Source of the DNA: a virus
Length of the DNA stretch: 64,000 bases
IMG/VR virus record: IMGVR_UViG_3300023179_000016
Coordinates: 89,400 to 153,399 of that record
Direction: 5' to 3' (one strand)
Part shown: positions 1 through 11,600 of the stretch, in pieces
Position numbering within the stretch: position 1 is the first letter of the stretch
Layout: every line of letters starts with the position of its first letter
Notes under the pieces: model-generated
What the model saw: the letters and a program-made list of their open reading frames with translations, nothing else
Database searches by the model: none
What the model was told of the DNA's origin: nothing
Position numbers and translations under genes: made by a program

Positions 1-1
1 C

Positions 2-3000
2 TCTTCTGGCTCTGTGGCATTCTGGTATGATGTCGGTAATGATGGAACACCAGAGCCGTTTCACGGAGCAGATAGATCGGTAAAAATAGATTCTGTTGCT
101 TATGGTGACAGCGCTGCAAATGTTGCAGCTGCAACTGCAGCTGCAATTAATTCCGATCCTCAATTCAACGCAATTAACGTTGGCGATGTTGTCACTGCAA
201 CCAATGTCTCTATAATGGACGTCAATGATGCGTCTGCTGGGACATCTGGTTTTGCGATTAATGTGGTCGATGGTTCCTCTCCTATCAATGAAACTATATC
301 AAATCCAGGCGATATAGTGTTTTTCTCGCTCACTGGAACTGACGTGTCTACGATACAATCTACTGTAAACGATAAAGAAATATTAGAGATTGCCGCGGCA
401 GGAAGCACTTCGTCAACCATAACTAAAGCAACAAAAGAAGATGTATATGCGTATTCTGGTAATTCTAGTGCTCTAGCATATAATCATAACCCTAATTCTA
501 ACTCTTTAAGAGGTTTTATTAGTCTATATGATGGCGTAAATTGGGTAAAAGAATTTAAAAATACTGATCCTAATTTTACAGTAAAAAAGACTTTCACTCT
601 AAATAACGTCGCTCCCAGCGTATATCAAATGAACACCGCGCCTAATTATAATTCTAGTTCTTTAGGTGAACTATTTAAACTTATACCAGTTACAGTAACA
701 AATATACACCATCATTTAACACAAAAAGCTCTATCACAGCTGCCTATTATCTCCAATATTAGAATATGCAATGATAGAAAAAATGTACAAATAACATCTA
801 AAAATCTAGGTTCTTCTGGCGCTATAGAGATAATAGGCGGCAATGCCAATAAATCTCAAGCATATCTCGAGAGTGAATCTGAAGTTGCCACAGATACGAG
901 TGGTCAGTATCTATTAGCTAAAATACCCGCATACCCAGATACATTTAATATAGGTGATTATGTAAAATTAGAGAACGATTCTGGTGTTAAAAGATATTCT
1001 AGATTAATATCTAGCGACACCATCACGGTTACAAATACTACAACCGGCATAGTCGAATATAATTTTAATCCTAAAACAACCAATATATCTAGCTCTACTG
1101 CTTTTACTATTACTGATGTATCTTCTTCATATGGAAGACCTTCTGGATTTATATGGCGCTGGACACATGATGGTTCTGCTACACTCGCACAAGTGAAAGC
1201 AGGCGACCTAGTATACGCATTTGGCGCTACATTAAGTTGGGATCAAGGTAACAAGGTTAGAGTTACCGGCGATGACAATGTATCTGGTCTTCCAATAATA
1301 AACGTGAATGATGCCTTAAATTATTTTGATGTTGTTAATTCTTACGGCAAAAGTATGTCCTCTACTGTAGTCGGCGTAAACAATGTAGTGCAAATATGTC
1401 CAACTCCAGTAATTAAATGGAATCTAAGCCACAGAACAAGAACCAATATATTATCTATTGTTGGTAATGGCACTACTGCAACTATAACCTGCGTAAATGC
1501 CCATATGCTGAACACTGGGGACGTTGTAGATATAATAGACAGCGACAACATACCGGATGGTATCTATGGGCCCATAGTTGCAATAGCAGAAAATAAATTG
1601 ACAATAGCTTATGTATCTTCTCCTTTTATCGAGACCAGTTCCGGCGCAACTGTAATTAAAGATGGCATAACACCTACCAGATACAGAGTAGAAAAATTAG
1701 GCTATAACGGCATGACTAGAATATCTAGGCAAGACGGGCAGTCACCGCGTTTTGCCGATAACGGTGTTGCCGTGGATGATTATGTTGTGGTGGGCGGTAA
1801 TACTTTTGCATCTAATAATAATGGTAGATTTAGAGTAGTTTCTGTCGACAATGATTCAATAATCATCATTAATGACACTGCTACAGATGAACTAAATACC
1901 GTAACACCGTTTAATAATAAAAATAAATATGCTGTTTGGACTTCCAATACAAATATAGTGACAGGGGATCCAGGGACCTTTAAGAACGTGTTTGTTGGTA
2001 CTTGGGTTAAAAAACCAGAAGACCCAGACTCGTACTATAGACAAGTTGTATCTATGTCTCCTATTACACCATCATTAGCCACTACTATAACCTTAGGTGC
2101 AAACTATAGTGGTTCTAGTGCTACAGCATCTGGCGTTAAATATGACATGTTAAATGATTATGATAAAGGGGTGATATTGCAGAGCATAGACGATATAAAA
2201 ATATATGAGGGCGATTCTGCTGTAGTTGGAGACACACTGTACGTTCAGAATATAGTTAATTCTAATTGGTTCAGTGTTGGCAATGTGGGCAGTTTTGCTG
2301 TAACTGGCATTGGAACTAATGAAGTTAGACTTAATCCTCTTTCTGATGTAATTGCACACAAACCGTTTTTGAGAGTCAATAATGCTGCTGGTTCATCGCA
2401 ATCAAACAGATTGATGTCTGTAAACACGTCTGGTTTCTATCTTATAGAGAGTAACGCTAATAAATTTAGCACTATCAGACAACTATCGCATGTCGCAATA
2501 GATGATTTAAATAGCTTAAGAAGATCGCTATATATATCGCCACACAATAGGTCGTATAAATTCAGTAATTCAAATAATACAAGTGTGACCCATATGGGTA
2601 AATTAGGTTATAGCACAGACGTCACTACCGGCATAGATGGATATCTATACTATACTGGTCTTCTTAGAAGAGCACAAAGGATAGTCGACGGGTATGAACC
2701 AGATCCCGATAATTATCCCGGCAGAAGAGCAGTAGGTGGTTTAATAGAGATATTACCGCCACTGAATCGTAAGATTTCTGTGTCTGTAAACATAACTACA
2801 AATGAGGGTGTAAATCTTGGCGACATATCTAACAATATAAAATCTGTAGTGATTAATTATGTCTCTACACTGGGAGTCGGAGAAGACGTAATATTGTCAG
2901 AAATAATAGCGTCGATAATGCAAATAAAGGGAGTGGGGGCAGTAACGTTCTCATATCCATCGCCATCTACGGAAAGAATCACTATTGCGGACAACGAAAA

Positions 3001-3037
3001 AGCAACTGTCGATCCTAACGATATTGGTATTTCATAA
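2..3037 (+). CDS. Large baseplate wedge protein with C-terminal baseplate J-like domain (5'-truncated by window)
   Basis: Frame is open from position 2; beta-rich Ser/Thr/Asn/Gly composition; C-terminus (ISVSVNITT...IKSVVINYVSTLGVGEDVILSEIIASIMQIKGV) resembles the baseplate J C-terminal domain; TAATG overlap with next gene. Confidence 0.7.
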   Translation, partial: SSGSVAFWYDVGNDGTPEPFHGADRSVKIDSVAYGDSAANVAAATAAAINSDPQFNAINVGDVVTATNVSIMDVNDASAGTSGFAINVVDGSSPINETISNPGDIVFFSLTGTDVSTIQSTVNDKEILEIAAAGSTSSTITKATKEDVYAYSGNSSALAYNHNPNSNSLRGFISLYDGVNWVKEFKNTDPNFTVKKTFTLNNVAPSVYQMNTAPNYNSSSLGELFKLIPVTVTNIHHHLTQKALSQLPIISNIRICNDRKNVQITSKNLGSSGAIEIIGGNANKSQAYLESESEVATDTSGQYLLAKIPAYPDTFNIGDYVKLENDSGVKRYSRLISSDTITVTNTTTGIVEYNFNPKTTNISSSTAFTITDVSSSYGRPSGFIWRWTHDGSATLAQVKAGDLVYAFGATLSWDQGNKVRVTGDDNVSGLPIINVNDALNYFDVVNSYGKSMSSTVVGVNNVVQICPTPVIKWNLSHRTRTNILSIVGNGTTATITCVNAHMLNTGDVVDIIDSDNIPDGIYGPIVAIAENKLTIAYVSSPFIETSSGATVIKDGITPTRYRVEKLGYNGMTRISRQDGQSPRFADNGVAVDDYVVVGGNTFASNNNGRFRVVSVDNDSIIIINDTATDELNTVTPFNNKNKYAVWTSNTNIVTGDPGTFKNVFVGTWVKKPEDPDSYYRQVVSMSPITPSLATTITLGANYSGSSATASGVKYDMLNDYDKGVILQSIDDIKIYEGDSAVVGDTLYVQNIVNSNWFSVGNVGSFAVTGIGTNEVRLNPLSDVIAHKPFLRVNNAAGSSQSNRLMSVNTSGFYLIESNANKFSTIRQLSHVAIDDLNSLRRSLYISPHNRSYKFSNSNNTSVTHMGKLGYSTDVTTGIDGYLYYTGLLRRAQRIVDGYEPDPDNYPGRRAVGGLIEILPPLNRKISVSVNITTNEGVNLGDISNNIKSVVINYVSTLGVGEDVILSEIIASIMQIKGVGAVTFSYPSPSTERITIADNEKATVDPNDIGIS

Positions 3038-5568
3038 TGGCAGATAATAAAGGCAAAATAGATCAACTACATGATCTTCTACCTAGAGGCTTTAATAGCC
3101 GCAACAATGCCAATTGGAAGGCAATGGTAGAGGCCTTTGGCGAACAAGATCAAAAGATATTCGATCTGATATCGGAAGTTAGAAAACAATTCTTTGTTAA
3201 GACAGCGTCTCGTCCATATCTTGATAGGTTAGGTGCAAATAATAAGATTGCTAGACCTAAATTAGTCGGCATGGATGATCCGTCTTTTAGACAGTATATA
3301 CCGATACTTTCTTATCAACCTAAGCAAGTAAAACTGATAATAGATAAATTACTAGACGTATTCTTCTTCAAAGAATCAACCACTGCATTTATCACTACTC
3401 AGAACTTTGGACCATTTAATTTCGACGACGGATGGGAATTAGAGTTATTTATCGATGAGCAATATACAGATCGAGTCGTTTTTACTAATGCAGACTTTAC
3501 AGATATACATGCTGCAACAGCAAATGAAACAGTGGCGGCAATTAATAGACAAACAAAGCACTGTTATGCCACATCGTATTATGATAGTATCACTAAAAAC
3601 ACATATATAAGAATCTTTACTAATACTATAGGTTCTAAAGGTTCACTACGTATTAAGGGCGGAAGAATAAATACTGCAATTAGATTAAACGGTTTTATCG
3701 ATGCTGCAGGTGTCGGATCAAATACGCAGTGGAGTGTCACAAAAGTTGGAGATGAGGTTGTTTTTCAATATGTTGGAGGCACATCGCCTGCGATAGATCA
3801 GTTGCAAGTCGGCGACATAGCCATAATCAATATTCCGGGAAACGTTGGATCGTTTGAGATTAAAAGCATAGATCTAGTCAATAATAATATAAGTTTTAAA
3901 AATCTTTTTGCCACAGTTGGTCTATATACTCAGACATCTGAATATGATATAAAGTTTATAAGACCTAAAAAATATGTCGCATACACGAATGTGCGTAGAG
4001 CAATGACTTGGGAAACCACTTCTGGAGAAGTAGTGGTAGAGATACCTACCTCTCCACCGGTCGTTAAGAGATCATTAAGGGGATCGTTCCACACTAATGG
4101 TGTATTTAGTCAAATGTCTAATAGAGACTCAGATAACTCTATGACATTAGTAGATGCATATCTATTCCCAGAATCTGGTTCTTTTGTAATGGAAGAATCT
4201 AGAGAAATGTTGACTAGAATGCTAACAAGTTCTGAAAACGAGATAGTTTCTAAAAAGAATCAATATAGATTACAGCATCCAGTTACTGTATATGAATTTT
4301 CTAGCAGAACTGTTTTAAATACCACTGGAGATATTCTAGCTGGAACAACGCAGATTACGAATCTTGCTAGTACTGTCGGAATTCAAATAGGGCAACAAGT
4401 ATCGATGGATGGTGTTCCGGGTTATTCTCGTGTCGTAAGCATATCTGGTTCCACCGTCAATATTTCTTTCCCCGCAAGCTCTACAATATTAGGCGGACAA
4501 ATAAAATTTTTAGGTAACACGCTAAACGGAATAACCCCAAGTTTACCAAAATTAGCGTCATTAAACGAATATTCGCTATCTTCAATAACTAGGGTATCAG
4601 ATGTCGTAACAGCTACTACATCTATGCCTAATGATTATGTAGTGGGCGAATATACTGTAATATATGGGTGCGATGGGATCTTAGTTGCATCTGAAACAGG
4701 TGACACAACAAATCTATCGAACACTATACTTAATTTAAGTAGCACATCTGGAATAGTTCCGGGCATGCTAGTAGCAGGTCCTGGAATTCCAATTGGCACA
4801 ACCGTAGTATCTGTAGGCATATCTTCTATAATTATAAGTGATTTTGCCACTGCAACATCGATAGGTGTTAATTTAACTTTTAGTGAGAATTTAAACGGAG
4901 CATATAAGATAGAATCGGTATCTGGTTCTACTTTTAGTTTTACTGCACCTGGGTCCAATGGAACACCCTTGATCCCTGGTTCAGTTAGAGTAGAAAGAAT
5001 GGGTTTATCAAACTCTGGTTCCAAAATAATAGTCCTTGACGCGATACATAGTGAAGTCAGTAGAATATCTGGCTCATATGTTTGGGATAAAACGGCGCCC
5101 TATGTATTATCTTCTAGTGCTTCAGAAATAACAGATGAGATTAAGGCTGGAAAAATAGTTAGATTGCTAAATACAACTGCCAACACTATGCCAGATTCTG
5201 GCGGATATGTCATATTTGACTATGGGAGAGAGAATCAAGAGGGTCCTGTAAGATATTTATATAAGCCAACCGATAATACTTTGGCCATAGATCCATCTTA
5301 CACATTTCAACATGGTCATTCGGTAGGGTCACCGGTTATAGCTATTAGTAAAAAGGGCCCTCATGCAGTCAGTACTAGCGGCAAGGAGTATTCACCATAT
5401 ATCACAGATCCATCTGAGGCCAGATTCATATTGCAGGACCTAGTTAAGTCTATAAAGAGTGCTGGCATATTCGTGAATTTCTTAGTTAGATATCCAGAAC
5501 AGCTATACGGCGTACTAGATGTATATAATGAGCAAAATCTAGGGGCTGGAGCTCCATTTAGTGACTAA
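3037..5568 (+). CDS. Baseplate wedge protein (gpI/gp7-like) with inserted beta-rich repeats
   Basis: Follows the J-like gene; N-terminus LLPRGF...TASRPYLDRLG and C-terminus LVKSIKSAGI resemble wedge proteins; internal STxGIxxGxxV repeats are typical of virion proteins. Confidence 0.6.
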   Translation: MADNKGKIDQLHDLLPRGFNSRNNANWKAMVEAFGEQDQKIFDLISEVRKQFFVKTASRPYLDRLGANNKIARPKLVGMDDPSFRQYIPILSYQPKQVKLIIDKLLDVFFFKESTTAFITTQNFGPFNFDDGWELELFIDEQYTDRVVFTNADFTDIHAATANETVAAINRQTKHCYATSYYDSITKNTYIRIFTNTIGSKGSLRIKGGRINTAIRLNGFIDAAGVGSNTQWSVTKVGDEVVFQYVGGTSPAIDQLQVGDIAIINIPGNVGSFEIKSIDLVNNNISFKNLFATVGLYTQTSEYDIKFIRPKKYVAYTNVRRAMTWETTSGEVVVEIPTSPPVVKRSLRGSFHTNGVFSQMSNRDSDNSMTLVDAYLFPESGSFVMEESREMLTRMLTSSENEIVSKKNQYRLQHPVTVYEFSSRTVLNTTGDILAGTTQITNLASTVGIQIGQQVSMDGVPGYSRVVSISGSTVNISFPASSTILGGQIKFLGNTLNGITPSLPKLASLNEYSLSSITRVSDVVTATTSMPNDYVVGEYTVIYGCDGILVASETGDTTNLSNTILNLSSTSGIVPGMLVAGPGIPIGTTVVSVGISSIIISDFATATSIGVNLTFSENLNGAYKIESVSGSTFSFTAPGSNGTPLIPGSVRVERMGLSNSGSKIIVLDAIHSEVSRISGSYVWDKTAPYVLSSSASEITDEIKAGKIVRLLNTTANTMPDSGGYVIFDYGRENQEGPVRYLYKPTDNTLAIDPSYTFQHGHSVGSPVIAISKKGPHAVSTSGKEYSPYITDPSEARFILQDLVKSIKSAGIFVNFLVRYPEQLYGVLDVYNEQNLGAGAPFSD

Positions 5569-5606
5569 TAAATATAAATATTGATATTTAAACTAACATC
5601 TAACGC

Positions 5607-5614
5607 AGTATAAT
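5607..5614 (+). promoter_or_regulatory. -10 promoter box AGTATAAT, followed by SD AGGAG (5625-5629) and GTG start
   Basis: Member of the recurrent RGTATAAT motif found upstream of many genes. Confidence 0.6.
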
Positions 5615-5635
5615 TTAATCACATAGGAGCTAAAC

Positions 5636-8600
5636 GTGGCTGTATTAGGAAGAGTTCTAATTAGTTCTGGTGAGCGCTTAGATTTACCAGATTTACTCAG
5701 TGTTGATTCATATACTGCAGGTGATTTTAAATTTCTATTAAAGGGTCTAGTAGGCGAAGATACGCCCTATATCTTAAAAGGCTTTGACATAATAGATCCT
5801 GAAAATGCTATCGGTACTCAAAGCTGCTCTATTAGAGTGGCAGATTCCGTCGTATTTTATCCTGGTTCTGGTGCTGGATCTTTTTATCACGGTCTAGAAG
5901 AAGGAAATACGCTTTCTGCACCGCTAGTTCCAGAACTTAGAAAAAATGCAGTCAACTATATATATTTAACTTTTTCTACCACAAATACTTCCATAGATAC
6001 TAGGGCATTCTGGGATCCAGACAAGGACGGCGGCAACGGTGGAGAGTTTACACAAGACGTTAATACAGAGTCTGTCTTAAAAGTAGAAGTAAACGTATCG
6101 GTAGGATCGTTCCCACAAAATACTATACCGATTGCAAAAGTTACAGTTGGCGCTGTCGTAATATCCTCAATAGAGGATGCCAGAACCATGCTGTTCCGTT
6201 TAGGGACTGGTGGTATAAATCCAAATCCGTTTAATACGTATGCTTGGAGATCTCTTCCTGCCACTGCGTATCAAAGAACAGAACCACCTACAAAAACAAC
6301 AGCGGGTGGAGTTAATCCATTTCAAGGTGCAGATAAAAACATCTATACTCTAAAAGAATGGATGGACGTAATAATGTCTAAACTCCGAGAAATCGGAGGC
6401 ACAACATATTGGTATGAAGACATATCTACGTATAGTTTAATATCTAGCTTTGTAGACGCAACAAGCACCGCCTTTAAATCAAAGGGTAAATGGCTACACG
6501 ATTCTTCGACTCCTGGTTTATTAACCTGGACAGAAGATGTTCACATTAAAACCACATCTGATTTAAGAACATACATCGTTAGAAGTGGCAGTAAAACATT
6601 AACTGATGAGCAGGTAATGTATCTGCCATTGACTAGAAATCAACCAATAAACACAACAGATGATGTAGTTGATTGGGTCAATGGACAGGCGTGTGTTAAT
6701 ACAATTGGCGGATCAGTTGGATTATTTTCTCAATTATCAAAAGGCGATTACGTAAAAAAAATAAACGACTCAAATGATAAGTTCTTAAGAGTCGAAGAAT
6801 TCTACGATTCCATCAACTTAAGCGGATCGACCACTACATCATCTTTAGCAAAATCAATTAGATTAAGCTCTAATTATCTTGGCACCAGCGGTGCTGAAAA
6901 GGGCCGATACGATAAGGGCATATACGCCGTATCAGACGTTATTGTTTCTGACAGAAATCAAACAACCATAAGCTCAGTCGGTGGTAATTTCCACTGGATG
7001 GCTATGCGTAGTGACTCTATACAGAATATTTCTTCTATATCTACTACATATCTAAGCATAAATATAGAAGAACATGATGGAGCAACTGCATTAGTGACAT
7101 CTACTAGTCCTCATGGTCTTGTAGATGGAGATAGAATCACTATAACTGGTTCTGCAAACTTTAATGGGACGTATACAGTAGAGGTGGAAACAACCACCAC
7201 TCTCTATATCGCAAAGACTGGTGGAACCTTTGCAGATGAATATTCAAGATCTGCTCAATACGCGACGGTAACCACTTCAGCAAGATACACACCATACAGT
7301 CTTCAATTAGAATCTGCAAACCACGGTTTTAAGACAAACGACACGATTACGGTTTCTGGTACTACAAATTACAATGGGTCTTATAAGATCAGTGTAAGAA
7401 GCGATAATACGTTTACCATACCTGTGCCGTCTTATCTTTCATCTGAAAGTGTCGGCTCTGCTACATTAGCTAAAACTATAGTTAGAACAGAAGGGTCTGT
7501 AATTCAGGTAGTTCAAGGTGAAGGAGCCGCAATAGGCGGGGATTCTGTGGAAAGCATCAGACAGTTTGTCGGAATGCAGTCTCTTACAGAAACAAATCCG
7601 TCGTATGCCGTGCCTGCATCTTACAATACCATAGACGGTTTTGTAAATTATAATTCTTCTGCCAGCGAAAATCTTACTGCAAGAGTTTCTAAGCTAACCG
7701 CAATGATGGCAGATAAAGCTCAAGACAAGACCATCAAATTAATGCCATCTGGCTATCAGAGTATTACTAATACTACCAGCGGCGCATATCAACAGATCAC
7801 TTTCAACGCATTACCATCAGGAACTCCTCGTTTAGATGTTGTATTGCCTAGTTCTACAAACAATGGATATGCGCTGCTAAGCGGCAATATTTCATTACAG
7901 ACAAATCAAGCGGCCTATATACAGATTGACAGAAATGCAGCATTTTCTTATGCAAATCTAGCAGCTGTCACTATTGCAAACATAAAATCAGTTCCATTAG
8001 ATGAAAATGTCTTAGTGTTGGCGCTTAGAACTACCGGTACAAATGTTTGGCTTTGGGACGGCTTAAATGTTGTTGCAGGAGCTACTGTTCCCACGCTGTC
8101 GTATTTGGACACCATAGTAAGACAGAATCGCACACTCAAGATGATCGGAAATGGCCAGTGGCAATGGAATTTAGCCACTAATACGCTATCTTGGTCAGAT
8201 GATGTCTATATACAGATACCTTCACTATCAGATGCTAGAAACACTATACCTGCAGGCAGCGCAGTATTATCTGGCAATGATATAGTTGCATACGTAGATA
8301 TCAATAGAAGTTCTGGTGCAACTACTAATTTAACTGTCAATACTGCCAATATAAGTTCTCTGACATTAAATGACGACAGGGTAATAATTGCAAGAAGATA
8401 TCAGGATGACGTTATAGTAGGTAGTAACTCCATGCGTCTAGTCCACGGAGATCTTAAGGGACTAGACTCTGACGATAAAATCGTAAAAGTAACTGTTGTC
8501 GACAATATAAATTTTGCTTTACCTACGGGTACTTCTATTACTGTAGATGGAATAAGTCTAGCCAACGGGGACACAGTCTTATTCACTAAAGCAAATAAAG

Positions 8601-11600
8601 TATGCATGCTAACAGGCGTTGGCACTTCGTTGACATGGACGCAATTAAATTCGTTTAATGGTGCTACTACTCCACCAGAAGGAGCACTAGTATTCTCTAA
8701 AAATGGCACTAGCGCATACAATACGCTATGGATGAGATCTGGATCTGCTTGGAGACAAGTAGAGCACACCCAAATAACAAAAGAACCAACCGGATTTCCG
8801 AATAGAACAGATACCACTATAAGCTTCAACAATAGCACTAGAACATTTACAATAACTCCAACAGGCGCTTTCTTTGAAGTATATCAAAAAGGTAAACCAT
8901 ATAGATTTGACTCTGCTCAGAGCAAGACGATAACTAATACAGAAGGCCTGCACTACATATATTTTGATAATGGTATTCTTCAGTCTACTCAGACATTTGA
9001 TATAGCTATAATAAAAGAATACGTATTTGTCGCAACTATTCAGTGGGATGCAACTAATCAAGTCAGAATAATGTTTGGCGACGAACGTCACGGTCTCACT
9101 ATGGATGGCGAGACGCATTCATATCTGCATCAATCTATAGGTGCTAGATATATAAGTGGACTATCTGCTGGTAATTTTACTACCTCAGGTACTGGTTCAT
9201 CTAATTCAGACGCTCAACTCTCTATAGCGAATGGTACAGTCAGAGATGAAGACCTATCGTTTGACTACACAAATTCTGCTACACCAACTCAACCATTTCA
9301 GCAGATACTAAGTCCAATCGCTAATATACCGATGTACTACAGAAGTGGTGCTAGCGGCAATTGGAGAAAAGATACAGCCACAGCATATTCATTAAAACAA
9401 GGAACTAGCAGGATCAAATGGAACAATCCCGCGGGTCCATGGACCACGCCAGATGCGTCATCTGACGATAACTATGTGGCTGTTTGGCTTTTTTCAAGTA
9501 ACAGCCAAGAAGAACCAATTATAGGTATTGTTGGCCAAAGAGAAGACACTACATTAAATAATGCTCTAGCGAATAACACGTATGAATCTATTTCTTTTGG
9601 AAGTCTTCCATCTCTAGAATTGAAAGTGCTATATCGCCTAATATTCCAGACCTCATCTGCATATACCAACGCCGTCAAAGCAAGACTTGTAGATGTTAGA
9701 GATCTTCGTAGAGCAGTAGATGTATCATTAGGTGCATATGCTCCTAGTGATCACGGTCTATTAACTGGGTTGACTGATCAAGATCACCCGGATTATTCTA
9801 TATTTGTGAATAGTCCTTCATCTTATGTTGGTGCCCTAAAACAGATTCAAGTATCAGACAATAATGATGTTCAAAAAGCCCTTAACAGCCTAGATAGATT
9901 TTTTGCTCAGATGAGGCTTGCACCGCACCCAAGCAATGGCAATAGGGTGATAATGTCTGGGGCAGATCAGGCTCTAACTAACGGCATAACACTCACGCAG
10001 AACATCAAGGATCTGATGATATCGTTTGATGGTGCGCAGATAGATTTCTCTACTGGCGCTGTATATAAAGCAGATGGATTAACAGCGCTCGGCGTCAATT
10101 TTACGCCTGCTACCATAACATCTAATCAGTATCGCTGGTATTCCATTACTGGAATAGCATCTTCGATAAATTCTGATAACACGATAAATCTTCAGTTAAT
10201 AGTGTTACCTGCGTCAGGTGATGGAGCTACTCCAACTGCAGCACCAAAAGCTGCCTATGCAAAAGGTATACAAATAGGTTCAATTGTAGTTCGTGAAAAT
10301 GGTTTAGGCGGCATAACCGCAATTACTGCCTCTAGCATAAGACAGCTTGGTATAGGTGGAGGCGGTAGCAGTAGTGATACTGGTAGCGGTCTAGGCGACG
10401 ATATAAATACACTTCGCTTTAAGGCAAGTTTCAGCGATGATTTTTCAGATAGTCCAACTAGCTCATCAAGCGCAGTCAATAGCTCTCTTACTACAGCATC
10501 ATATAATACGGCAAATACACTATATCGTCTGAGCTATGACGCATCGAGAACCGTTACTGGTACAGGCACATCGATGACGCTATCTGGCACACCATCATAC
10601 ACCGTTGTAGCAGGAGACATGTTGGTTGTTGGATCTGAAGCTCGGCGCATAGTAACAGTATCTACTCAGACTTCTTATATTATAGAATCAGCATTCAGCT
10701 CTAATCCATCTGGTGCAGCCGCTTGCGTTTCTCAGGCTGTTCACACCAATGATGTTAGAGCCCATAATGAAAATTCTACAGGTCTTGCACTTAACTCGGT
10801 AATAACAGACTCTGTAAATACTTTCATGCTTCGCTACAGAGATAGCGCCGCATCTGGTGACACTATCTGGGATTTCCCAAGCTCGGCACTGATTGCTGCC
10901 AGCGCCTCTGCAGATAATTCAAATTGGACTGCACCATTCACACGTGTAACTTCATTGAGCGCACAAGAACCAATACGCACCGTATCTGTATCTGGTTCTC
11001 AATTTAGAGTAAGATTCTTCGCCAACGCAGTAAGCGGAACGGGCGCTGTAAACATACTAGATTATAAGGCGTATCTCCATGAAGATATCGGCACTGTATC
11101 TGGCACCACTATGGATCAAGCATATTGCTTGACTAACGGTACAGGCACCAGTGTAAATTGTTCTGTATCTTCTGCGACAGGTAAAACTCGCATCACTACT
11201 ACTTGGGCCTATGCCACCTCTGTTAATCCTGGTACCCAGCAAGGTCAAATAATGGTGATATTGGACGGCAAAATATTGCCGCGCTATATCGATGCCACTT
11301 TGACTCCTAGCGGTTATTATAAAGAGATATCTGGCCAAGTGATAGAGTTAGATTCTAATTATAGCAGCGTCGCTCTTGAGATTGATATCAAGAAGATGGT
11401 CAATGCTGTTGATACTACGAGTCAAAACAGCACTAATATAAGCTATATACAAGACATGAGCACCGCTGGTCTTCAAGGGTTTGTTGACGAGAGTTCTGTA
11501 TTAATTGCCTCTAGTACTATGACTGCTGGCCAACTTGGCGGTAACGGTATATTTAGAAGCACCATTACAAATCGCGCTTCTATTCCCGATCTAGCGAATG